NCBI GenBank assembly: GCA_036339465.1
Contig: JAYZAY010000097.1
Location: forward strand, 1-42,413
DNA length: 42,413 nt
Direction of reading: 5' to 3'
Origin: Myxococcota bacterium
Lineage (GTDB): Bacteria > Myxococcota > XYA12-FULL-58-9 > JABJBS01
A program made the position numbers and the translations under genes. The notes below the pieces were generated by a model, which saw nothing but the letters and a program-made list of their open reading frames with translations, did no database searches and was not told the DNA's origin. This document shows positions 29,594-38,072 of this stretch, one piece after another. Position 1 is the stretch's first letter. The number at the start of each line of letters is the position of its first letter.

Positions 29594-30220
29594 TTAAAGC
29601 TGCGTCATCAGCTCTCTACCAAGGTGGATAATCTCCTGGATAACCGAGGTTCCGGCAATGTAATGGCCACCGTCATCGTAGCCAAGTTCCGCCACTTTTA
29701 CCGCATTTTCGCAAACTTGGCTCATTTCATCCCATACAGATCCCAAGAGGAGATCGAAATCCCACCCACCTTCATCTCGCCCAAAGCGATTTTCGCTGAC
29801 CAAGCTCATAAAAATGATTTCGATAGGATCGACTCCTTCGTATTCTGCAACGGCTATGCGGAGGTCGTCCCATCTCTCTTCAGCGAGAAATGCCTGCCAG
29901 TCATCGGCATCGGGGTAGCGGTCGTAATAAGCGAGCCCGAATTCTCCCGCTTCGAGATCCACAGCGCAGAATACGTCATAATCACGCAATAATGTTTGAT
30001 AGCGCTTTTCAAACTGATTCGCGACATCGATTCCCGTGCTGGTGGGCTGTAGAGTGCTCTTGTCGTCGATGATGGCGTAGCTTTGCTCAATCAGCCAGGT
30101 CAGAATGGGTGTGAGAAGATCTTCATCTTCTGCAATGAGGGCAGCTGCATCGACATGGGGATCTTGCATCAGCCTAAGGAGATAGAGTCCAGCGTATTGG
30201 ATACGTCTTTGAGTTTGCAT
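29594..30220 (-). CDS. Acidic hypothetical protein, last gene of the PspA cluster (possible N-terminal winged helix)
   Basis: ATG 30220 lies just downstream of the DUF350 stop; 'WLIEQSYA...LQPTSTG' resembles a wHTH wing; FCAVDLEAGEF and RWDDLRIAVAEY blocks. Confidence 0.8.
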   Translation of the reverse strand: MQTQRRIQYAGLYLLRLMQDPHVDAAALIAEDEDLLTPILTWLIEQSYAIIDDKSTLQPTSTGIDVANQFEKRYQTLLRDYDVFCAVDLEAGEFGLAYYDRYPDADDWQAFLAEERWDDLRIAVAEYEGVDPIEIIFMSLVSENRFGRDEGGWDFDLLLGSVWDEMSQVCENAVKVAELGYDDGGHYIAGTSVIQEIIHLGRELMTQL

Positions 30221-30224
30221 GGGA

Positions 30225-31121
30225 CTAGCCAAGAAAGCAGGCATTGATGATGAATGCTATCACGATGGCCGAGCTGCCCTCGATCAAAGCAGCGCCCCAG
30301 TTCTGGTCGGTTGCGATCTCTTCATCCAACAAGGCACTGGGCAAGATTAATTTGTCGACCATGTAGCGGCTTGTGAGGAGTAAAAAGACTGCGATCACAA
30401 ACCATACAGCCAACCCAGGAAGAGAATCAGCGAATTTGATATAACCCGAGAGAAGCACCCCGATGGCCACGAGATTCATTCCGGCACTGATACCCGCTGC
30501 GGCGTTGTCTTTTTCGATCTCTTCGTGGAGGTCGAAACGGGTTACTTTTTGGTAGATAAAAGCAAAGAGGACGAAGAAGAGTTGGCCCGTGATAAAGAGT
30601 AGAAGCGTGGAGACGATCCCATCGACCACCAAAGGGCTCTCTCCGGAAAGTGCAGCATGGACGATGAGCCCTGAGCCGATAAAGCTTCCACATTCGGCGG
30701 CACCCGTGCCCAAATTTCTGTCTTCCACCAGCTCTTTGACATTGCAGAAGTGGTGAAAAATGATTTTGTCGTTGACGAGCCTCGCGATGTGCATCAGCGC
30801 GATTCCTCCCAAACACCAACTGACGGTCGCACCGATATCGCTTAGATATGCGAGAGCCTGTGAAGTGGCATCGCCTCCGTGCTCTTCACTTTGCAAGACG
30901 CTGAGTAGAATCATCCCCACCGCAAAGAGGTAGCCCGAAAATGCCACCGCCACGGCTTTGTTGTCGGCCTTGGTCAGCTGCTCATTGAGATCATAGGGCG
31001 CTAGCCAGTCAAAGATCCTCTTGGCGATGTAGAACACCATGAGAATCGTCAGCAGGTAGATTAGAGCGTGAGGGTCTAAAAGTTCCCAAATAAAATTGGT
31101 GTCTAGCATGTCTTCATTCAT
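30225..31121 (-). CDS. Tandem DUF350 (YjfL-like) membrane protein
   Basis: Repeated motifs YDLNEQLTKADNKAVA, KELVEDRNLG, FDLHEEIEKDNAAAG, EEIATDQNWG; GAGGA SD before ATG 31121. Confidence 0.9.
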   Translation of the reverse strand: MNEDMLDTNFIWELLDPHALIYLLTILMVFYIAKRIFDWLAPYDLNEQLTKADNKAVAVAFSGYLFAVGMILLSVLQSEEHGGDATSQALAYLSDIGATVSWCLGGIALMHIARLVNDKIIFHHFCNVKELVEDRNLGTGAAECGSFIGSGLIVHAALSGESPLVVDGIVSTLLLFITGQLFFVLFAFIYQKVTRFDLHEEIEKDNAAAGISAGMNLVAIGVLLSGYIKFADSLPGLAVWFVIAVFLLLTSRYMVDKLILPSALLDEEIATDQNWGAALIEGSSAIVIAFIINACFLG

Positions 31122-31134
31122 GACTCTATCCTCG

Positions 31135-31971
31135 TTATTTTCCACCGAAAGACCGTGAACTGCGGTTGTAGGAGCTTCCCCGCAAAGATGAACTGCGTCC
31201 AAAGCCACCGCTTCGCCGCGCTTTCGGGGCTCGCTGAGCTTGGAAACTCCTTTGTGACGACGTTGGATTTTTTAGACGTGCCTTGATCTTGGTGGCATTT
31301 TTGCCCCTGTTGGGCGAACGAATGTTGTCTCCAAGTCTCGATGAACCGGAGGATGCGTAGCGTGAGCTGTCGTATCGCTGACGACCGTTATAGGTCCCAT
31401 TGGGAACAGTAGGATAGGCGTGGTAGGCAGGAGGGTAGGAACCCCATCCCCAGGGAGAGAAATAGGGTCGATGGGGAGCAAAGAGGTAACCGAGCATGAG
31501 ACCCGTGCCAAGCCCCGGGGACCAACTGGAATGGTAGTAGTGATTTTGCCCGTAAATGGTGGGATTGCCCTTATATTCAACCTCCGCCGCGCCGTCGCTG
31601 CTCGATTGAATCTTGATGGTGGCGACCTCTTGCACGTCGCCTTTGGCAACTTCTGTGGTCAGAGAAAATCCCTTGACGCCTTCCTCCCCAAACTCTGTAA
31701 CATGGATATAGTCCACCTTGCCATCGCCGTTGAGGTCTAAGTTATTGACCCCGCTTTCCGGAGCGTTGAGTCGTTTTTCAAATGCTTCGGCGTCTTTGGC
31801 TTTTTCTAGGATCTGGCCAACCGCACGGAGATCCAAACCCTTGTCGGCATCGATCATTTGTGTGACGGAGACGTTGTAGTTCTGGTCAGGAGCCTGCATA
31901 CCCGCACAAAGGGAGAGGCCAGCGATGCAAAAGAACGCGGCCACCATCATTTTGAAGTATTTCTCAGCCAC
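31135..31971 (-). CDS. Exported protein with EF-hand-like loop and Arg/Ser/Gly-rich tail
   Basis: GGAGG SD; signal peptide; NNLDLNGDGKVDY; GLMLGYLF segment; tail RSGGFGRSSS...RSFGGK. Confidence 0.8.
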   Translation of the reverse strand: MAEKYFKMMVAAFFCIAGLSLCAGMQAPDQNYNVSVTQMIDADKGLDLRAVGQILEKAKDAEAFEKRLNAPESGVNNLDLNGDGKVDYIHVTEFGEEGVKGFSLTTEVAKGDVQEVATIKIQSSSDGAAEVEYKGNPTIYGQNHYYHSSWSPGLGTGLMLGYLFAPHRPYFSPWGWGSYPPAYHAYPTVPNGTYNGRQRYDSSRYASSGSSRLGDNIRSPNRGKNATKIKARLKNPTSSQRSFQAQRAPKARRSGGFGRSSSLRGSSYNRSSRSFGGK

Positions 31972-32007
31972 AATAAACCTCCTCCATGTTCTCTCTTTGT
32001 ACGAACA

Positions 32008-33693
32008 TTAAAAATACTTCTCCCAACCCTGCATGTATTCTTCGTAGACCACCGGTGAGGTCAGGGTGTTGATCTTCTGATGGCTAGTGGTGAGCTGATT
32101 TGCCCCAAATGCCAGGGATGCCCGTATTTTCTCTTCAGTGAGGTGGCGTGTTTGGATGTTATCCAACTTTGCCCCCTCGAGCTGGGCCCGCAAGGACGTC
32201 ACAGAATGCCATCGCGCATCGCCTGCCAACCACCACCCCCAGTCGCCCATGGATGGCACCGTTTCGTGGTAGGGCAAGGCGACAAAGCCTGCGCTTTGAA
32301 TCGTACGCCCGATGGTCAGAAATGCCTCTTTTGCATAATAGGGTGAGGTCGCTTGCTGAACGATGATCCCACCGGGCGCCAACCGTTTGCGAAGGAGCTG
32401 GTAGAAGCCGAGAGAATAGAGTTTCGCCAATTCAGGCGCATTGGGATCTGGAAAATCGAGAATGACGACATCATAGATACCCCGCACCTGCTCTAAGAAT
32501 TTGAGCGCGTCTATGTTGACAATCCGAACCGTCCCAACCTTGCTCAATGTTCGGGGCGATAAAGCGCGCTGGTTGGGTATCCAGAGGTCACGCATTCCAG
32601 ATGGAATGAGTGCGTGGTTTTCGACCAAAAACAGACGTGAATCGTTTAGGCTATTTTGATTTAACGCCACCATTTTTGGGTGGGTACGCGCCAATTCAAC
32701 AATCATGGGGTCGAGGTCACAAAGCGTGACGGTCTCAACACTTGGATATTTAAGTAGCTCGCGGGTTGCGAGACCATCGACACCACCTAGAACAAGAACG
32801 TGGCTTTTTTTCTTGGCGATAAGCATGGCGGGATGAACGAGATTTTCGTGATAGATCTGCTCATCTTGGCTATTGAACTGTAAGTGGCCATTGATGAACA
32901 TCGACGTGGCCCCTGTTTTGGATTCGGTTAGGACAACGTGTTGGTATTGGGAGGTGTTGGAGTAGACGATGGGCTCGCGATAGAGGGCCTGTTCTGCGTG
33001 GGCTGTCCAGGTGTCTGCAATGTAGAAGCCTAGGGTGACAAGCACAAGGCTGAAGGCGGTCAACCCTGAGAGTTTCTTTGGATGGTCGACATGGCGGTAA
33101 AAATAAATAAGGCCAAAAGCGGCGGTGGAAACGGTGGTGATTCCCAACACGAACGCCATTTGGGTTGTCGAAAAAAACTTGGGTAGAATGAAAACCCAGG
33201 CCAAGGCACCGCAAAGTGCGCCCACATAATCCATTTTGAGAATACCACCAATATTAAACTTAATCTCTTCGCTGTATTTGGCGTTGATCCGCATTAGGAG
33301 TGGAATCTCAAAACCGATGAGCAGGCCGATAGAGCCGATAAAGAAATACTGGACCAAGACAAAATGTTCGGGGAAACGCCCGTAGGCATCAAGTATGATG
33401 ATTGGGGCAAACGCGCCACAAATACCGAGGGTTAACTCGGCGAGAAGAAACTTGGATAAAAGTCCCCGATCGATGAGGTGTTTCTGGAGATCTGAGCCGA
33501 CGCCCATGAAGAACATCATCACCCCGATAATGATGGCCCATTGCTCCACGGAGTTTCCAAGCAAGTCGGAGGAGAGCTTACTCAGGGTGTATTCATAGGC
33601 CAGGCCGCACCCGCCCATGACAAAGATGCTGAAATAGAGCACCAAACTCTCTGTCGTTGGCCATCGAAACTTCCGTGCACCGCTTGTATCCAT
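32008..33693 (-). CDS. Membrane-bound spermidine-synthase-like (polyamine aminopropyltransferase family) protein
   Basis: About 7 N-terminal TM helices (GLAYE, GFEIPL, DYVGAL); SQYQ, YHENLVHP, VLGGxDG, DFPDP, LYSLGFY, VPSMGDWG. Confidence 0.92.
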   Translation of the reverse strand: MDTSGARKFRWPTTESLVLYFSIFVMGGCGLAYEYTLSKLSSDLLGNSVEQWAIIIGVMMFFMGVGSDLQKHLIDRGLLSKFLLAELTLGICGAFAPIIILDAYGRFPEHFVLVQYFFIGSIGLLIGFEIPLLMRINAKYSEEIKFNIGGILKMDYVGALCGALAWVFILPKFFSTTQMAFVLGITTVSTAAFGLIYFYRHVDHPKKLSGLTAFSLVLVTLGFYIADTWTAHAEQALYREPIVYSNTSQYQHVVLTESKTGATSMFINGHLQFNSQDEQIYHENLVHPAMLIAKKKSHVLVLGGVDGLATRELLKYPSVETVTLCDLDPMIVELARTHPKMVALNQNSLNDSRLFLVENHALIPSGMRDLWIPNQRALSPRTLSKVGTVRIVNIDALKFLEQVRGIYDVVILDFPDPNAPELAKLYSLGFYQLLRKRLAPGGIIVQQATSPYYAKEAFLTIGRTIQSAGFVALPYHETVPSMGDWGWWLAGDARWHSVTSLRAQLEGAKLDNIQTRHLTEEKIRASLAFGANQLTTSHQKINTLTSPVVYEEYMQGWEKYF

Positions 33694-33695
33694 CG

Positions 33696-34346
33696 CTATG
33701 ACCGACTGTAGACCGTTATATGCCTGGGATTGAGATCAACACTGTAATTCGCCTCAACTGTGCCGTCTTCCCATCGGACAAGGGTGAGGAACTGTTCCTC
33801 CTCCTCATCCTCAAATTCCCAATACTCGTATTCTTGGGGCTTCAGTTCGTTGTGATCGCGGCAAAAAATGGCATATCCGTGCTCTGAGGCCGTGTATGCA
33901 GTGCCTTCGTAGGTCAATTGTTTTGCCCCTGATAGGGTATCCAGATCCCCATACTTGAGATCCAATGTTTCGAGCGACGGTTGGGCAATGGTAAGGGAAA
34001 CAGTGAGCGCGTCATCTCGCTGAAGGGTTAGGAAAACATTTGATTCGCCGCGATCTGCCTCCAACTCGACCCAACGTTCGGAGCCCGATTTATGCAGATG
34101 GCGTGCAGTGATCTGCGCATCAAAGGATTCGGATCGTAGCCCCACGTCGTCTAGGTGAATGATTCCTCCCGAGCGAACATTCTCAATGGAGAGCTCCGTA
34201 CTTTGTGGATCCTGATTTTCTTTTTGGAGGGCCGAAAGCTTCGCCGCATTGGTGAGTTTGTTGGGCCCGCCGCCCTTAATTTGTGTTTGGTAAATATAGA
34301 GGAACACACAGCCAAACACGAGCGATACAATACCCACGGTAATCAT
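33696..34346 (-). CDS. DUF4178 domain protein with N-terminal TM anchor
   Basis: LSIENVRSGG, ERWVEL, LTYEGTAY, YEYWEF, LTLVRWEDG; context next to pspA; AAGGA before ATG 34346. Confidence 0.75.
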   Translation of the reverse strand: MITVGIVSLVFGCVFLYIYQTQIKGGGPNKLTNAAKLSALQKENQDPQSTELSIENVRSGGIIHLDDVGLRSESFDAQITARHLHKSGSERWVELEADRGESNVFLTLQRDDALTVSLTIAQPSLETLDLKYGDLDTLSGAKQLTYEGTAYTASEHGYAIFCRDHNELKPQEYEYWEFEDEEEEQFLTLVRWEDGTVEANYSVDLNPRHITVYSRS

Positions 34347-34440
34347 GAAGTTTTCTCGATCCTTTCTTAAAGACAACACGTAAGCTCAATTAAGGCCGTC
34401 TAGAACCGCCTACGAATAAAAGTATGGAGGGCACAACGCT

Positions 34441-35148
34441 TTAGCCCATTCCCATTTTGGCTTTGAGTGCGGCCAGCGAGTCTGCAGCTTTGACTTCACC
34501 TGCGCCCCCAGCCAACGCTCGGTCGATTTCGGCATCAACGTTGGTTTCAACCATGGCAATCTCCCCATAGGATTCGGCCAGCGCTTCTTCTTGAGAAACC
34601 TTGTCTTTCATTTTCTCTAGCATCGCGAGGGTCCCTGATGAATCGACCTTGGCAAGCTGTTGATTGAGCTTCCGCGTTGCTCCGGCAACCTTTGCTCGAG
34701 CGGTGAGGGTTGTTAGCTCGCTCTCCCAACTGGCGATCTGAGATTTGAGTTTCTTTACGTTTGCTTCGAGTTGACCGACCATGCCATCGTGCTTCTGTAG
34801 ATCCTTGGCAGTGGTCAAAGCCAAAGAAGATGCCGCTTCTTTCTTGGCCAAGGCTTCGCCGGCCAACCGGTCACCTTCGGCCGCATCAAGCGTGCCGCTT
34901 TGGGCTTTCTGTAGCAACAACATCGCTTTCTTCTCGTAGGTGACGGCTTGATCTTTCGTTTCTTGGAGGTCCCGTCGAGCGCGGATTTGAAGAGCTTTGA
35001 CCTCCGCGAGACTCCGCATACCCAATTCCAGATCCTTTTTGAGATCTCGAATTCCCTGCTGGGTCATCTTGATCGGGTCTTCGATCTGGTCGACGGCGGA
35101 GTGCGCTTCAGATTCGGCAAATTTAAACAATCGTTTGAAGATCCCCAT
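34441..35148 (-). CDS. pspA: PspA/IM30 (bacterial ESCRT-III) family protein
   Basis: MGIFKRLF amphipathic start, IEDP, long coiled coil, 'LEKMKDKV...EALAE', terminal LAALKAKMG; AGGAG SD. Confidence 0.95.
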   Translation of the reverse strand: MGIFKRLFKFAESEAHSAVDQIEDPIKMTQQGIRDLKKDLELGMRSLAEVKALQIRARRDLQETKDQAVTYEKKAMLLLQKAQSGTLDAAEGDRLAGEALAKKEAASSLALTTAKDLQKHDGMVGQLEANVKKLKSQIASWESELTTLTARAKVAGATRKLNQQLAKVDSSGTLAMLEKMKDKVSQEEALAESYGEIAMVETNVDAEIDRALAGGAGEVKAADSLAALKAKMGMG

Positions 35149-35163
35149 GATTTTCTCCTAAAT

Positions 35164-35586
35164 TCAAGCGGTTCCGAACCGGATCAATTCGTTGGCATTT
35201 TCAGCCAAGGCCAAGCTTAAAGCATTGATGGAACCCTCAAGCTCGTTGAGGTCGAGGTGTTGCAATTGCAGTGTATCGCGAAAAATAACGCGTTCTCCGG
35301 AATCGTCGAGTACAAAAGCACCGTGAACAAGAGTTCGATTCATTTGGAGGAGCCGTTTAAAAACCCCTTCTTTTGTGCTCTTAAGCAAAACAATAAATTG
35401 CTCTAGGATCAGGATAGAATCTTCGCAGTCAATCACGAGGTTTTTGAGTCCCCGACTCTCGTCATCGACGATAACCAGTTGCTCTTCGGTTACTTCTTTG
35501 GAAATGTTCAGGCCGAGATCAGACAAATAGCCCTTCACCAATTTTAAGTTATCTAAGCCTTGTAAGTCTTCAGTATCACTCATCAA
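35164..35586 (-). CDS. YbjN/CesT-like (T3SS-chaperone fold) protein
   Basis: KRLLQMNRTLVHGAFVLD...IFRDTLQLQHLDLNELEGSINAL; small and acidic; directly upstream of pspA. Confidence 0.85.
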   Translation of the reverse strand: MMSDTEDLQGLDNLKLVKGYLSDLGLNISKEVTEEQLVIVDDESRGLKNLVIDCEDSILILEQFIVLLKSTKEGVFKRLLQMNRTLVHGAFVLDDSGERVIFRDTLQLQHLDLNELEGSINALSLALAENANELIRFGTA

Positions 35587-35942
35587 CGGCCTCCTTTGTG
35601 TGTTTTCTCAAAATACGCCATGGCCTCGTTTAGCCCTTTGGAGATCTCTCCAGCGGTTTCCGTTTGCTCTGGAGTCTGGTGGTGCTTGTCCGGGTGGTAT
35701 TTACTAAGAAGCCGGCGATACGCGGCTTTTATTTCCGAATAGGATGCACCAGGTGCCAATTCTAAATTGGCGTAGTAGCGCGCCTCAAGCGGGTTTGGCT
35801 GCGACGCTGGCCAATGGGATGGACCGAATGCATCCCCATCTGGCTGAGAATCAAAAACCTCATGGTTTTCCACGATAGGTTTAGGGGCATGACGCTGCAG
35901 GTTGCTTCGAGCAACGTTTATGAGTCGCCGCCAAAGATTCAT
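35583..35942 (-). CDS. Small J-domain (DnaJ class C) protein
   Basis: YYANLEL...EIKAAYRRLLSKYHPDKH...LNEA with intact HPD; 4-nt overlap with next gene. Start ATG 35942 or 35966. Confidence 0.92.
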   Translation of the reverse strand: MNLWRRLINVARSNLQRHAPKPIVENHEVFDSQPDGDAFGPSHWPASQPNPLEARYYANLELAPGASYSEIKAAYRRLLSKYHPDKHHQTPEQTETAGEISKGLNEAMAYFEKTHKGGR

Positions 35943-36249
35943 ATCCAGTTTCGAAGTCGCCTCCATCGGAGGACTTCTACAGCAAATTTAAGTGGTGAGT
36001 CCAGAACTCGCGGACTAAAAGGACATTTGGCGCTGGTATATTGTGGTGGGGCGATCTCTGCTGAAACGTAGGTCACGACCGGCATATCAATGCAGCTCAG
36101 CAAACGCTTGCAAGCGCTCACACCGAGACAGGGCTTGATGTTCAAAGCCATCGAACCGGCTCTTTGTCTTGGTTGTCCGGGGGGCGGTTGGTTTTAAGCC
36201 ACTATTCGAGGCACTGAGGCCAGGCACGAAAGTTGTCATACCGGCAAAA

Positions 36250-37173
36250 TCAACTTTTTTGGGTCGTGGCCAAGTAAAATGATTCCAACGAGCCGCCTCG
36301 TTCGATTCCTAGGATACGACCCCCATCTGCAAAGATATGACTCACCGTTGCGTGGATGGCGTCTTCAACGGAAAGTCCATGGGGAACGAGACATTCCAGA
36401 AATCGGTCATTCAGTGAAAATGAGTATTGAGGGAGGTGCGAAGCCAGTTTTTCTAGGGCAATGGATGTTTGGGGGGCCAGTTCGATTTTGAGTTGTTGGT
36501 TTTTGCCCGTGAGTTCATCCATGGAGCCAGAGGCCACAATTTTACCTTCGTGGATGATGGCGCCGTGGGTGCATAATTTCTCCAATTGCTCTAATTGGTG
36601 GCTGGAGATGACCACGGTGGCGCCCTGGAGATGTTCTTGGATGATGGCTTTGACCCGAAGGGTTTGGGTGGGGTCGAGCCCTGCGGTGGGTTCGTCGAGA
36701 AATATCAATTGGGGTTTTCCCGCGATGGCCTGGGCTAGGCAAAGGCGTTTGTACATACCATGGGAAAGCTCTTTGACTTGATTTCGAGCTGCATCTTGTA
36801 GGTTGACGAGTTGCAGAATGCGATTTCTTTCTTTTTTTGCTTGGTTTTTTGGAACACCCGCGAGGTGGCAAAAGTATAGCGCGATATTTTCCACCCGCTC
36901 TTGCGGGGGAAGGAAGGAGTCTTGGGGTAGAAAACCAATTTTACCCCGGAGTTTGTGAAGGTTTTGGAGGGGGGTGCCAAGAATTTTGGCCTTGCCTGAG
37001 GATGGTTTAAGCCATCCCCCAAACATCCCAAAGGTGGTGCTTTTACCGGCGCCATTTTCGCCGATTAAACCAAAGATACTGCCTAAGTTGATGGAAAGGT
37101 TGAGTCCATTGACGGCATGGGTGTGGCCGAAGCTCTTGGTGAGGTTGAGGGTTTCGATGGCGAAGTCGGTCAT
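36250..37173 (-). CDS. ABC transporter ATP-binding protein
   Basis: GENGAGKST, LSHGM, FLDEPTAGLDP, SSH. Confidence 0.95.
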   Translation of the reverse strand: MTDFAIETLNLTKSFGHTHAVNGLNLSINLGSIFGLIGENGAGKSTTFGMFGGWLKPSSGKAKILGTPLQNLHKLRGKIGFLPQDSFLPPQERVENIALYFCHLAGVPKNQAKKERNRILQLVNLQDAARNQVKELSHGMYKRLCLAQAIAGKPQLIFLDEPTAGLDPTQTLRVKAIIQEHLQGATVVISSHQLEQLEKLCTHGAIIHEGKIVASGSMDELTGKNQQLKIELAPQTSIALEKLASHLPQYSFSLNDRFLECLVPHGLSVEDAIHATVSHIFADGGRILGIERGGSLESFYLATTQKS

Positions 37174-38069
37174 AGGTTTTTCCGAGAAAAGATAATGTAG
37201 GTGGCACCCAAGTAGAGCGTGAAAAGGCTTCCATAGGCCAGGAGCCCATATCCGAATTCCTTCAGACTGGCATGCCAGAGCTTGTGGGTAAAATGGGTGG
37301 GGCTGAGATGGCTAAAGAGTTGGACGAGGGTGTTGTCTTCACCCCACTGCCAAGCCATGACCGTGGGGCCTGAGGAAATGAGGGTGAGCAATAAGGCACA
37401 AAGAAAGAGGGCGCCCCGATTACTGGGACTGAGGACAGAGCCTAAAAAGATTAAGGCGCAGTACGTGACGCCGATAGTAAGTATGTTGATGAGGAAGATG
37501 AGGAAGCTCTGAAAAGTATGTTCCCCTTGGAAGAGCCCGATTGTTTCCTCGGACCAGAGGGCGAAGATGGCAATTATGGCTATCAAAAGGAGACCCAGAA
37601 TAAATTGTCCGCAATGGGCCAAGAGTCGGCCCAATAGGATTTCCAGCCTGGAGGCACGGAAGGTTTCAAAACGAAAGGTGTGACTCGCGAGGGGGGAACT
37701 TAGAACATCGTAGGTGGTTAGCAGGATTAAGGTGGGCAGGATCCACGATAAAGCCCACAATAGAATGGCAAAGATGGGTGTGCCCATGATGGCAGTGTTG
37801 ATTTGTTCGATCGGAAGGCCACTGCAGAATCCCATGAAGCCTTGGTAGAGCTCACTGCGGGCATAGTCAGCTGCATTCAGGGCTACGCTGAATGATAAAC
37901 CCTCTTGTTCGGATGCCTTTTGGATTTGGTTGTCTAACTCTTGGTTTAAAATGAAATAGCCGGTGGCCGCCATAAATCCGGTGAGGGCGTAGAGGCCGCT
38001 GGCGAGGAGGCCACGTTTCGAGTAGAAGAGTATCCGCAATTCGAAGAAGGCTATGCGCAATAGGGTCAT
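37170..38069 (-). CDS. ABC-2 type permease
   Basis: About 6 TM helices, SRLEILLGR motif, terminal FSRKNL; ATGA overlap with the ATPase. Confidence 0.85.
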   Translation of the reverse strand: MTLLRIAFFELRILFYSKRGLLASGLYALTGFMAATGYFILNQELDNQIQKASEQEGLSFSVALNAADYARSELYQGFMGFCSGLPIEQINTAIMGTPIFAILLWALSWILPTLILLTTYDVLSSPLASHTFRFETFRASRLEILLGRLLAHCGQFILGLLLIAIIAIFALWSEETIGLFQGEHTFQSFLIFLINILTIGVTYCALIFLGSVLSPSNRGALFLCALLLTLISSGPTVMAWQWGEDNTLVQLFSHLSPTHFTHKLWHASLKEFGYGLLAYGSLFTLYLGATYIIFSRKNL

Positions 38070-38072
38070 GGG

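Noticed and set aside
35967..36249. Sigma-54 promoter for the pspA cluster
   Set aside because: No correctly spaced TGGCAC-N5-TTGC-like element found on the minus strand.
29580..36249. PspA cluster as a mobile island
   Set aside because: No integrase, transposase, tRNA or flanking direct repeat seen; a compositional shift could not be computed.
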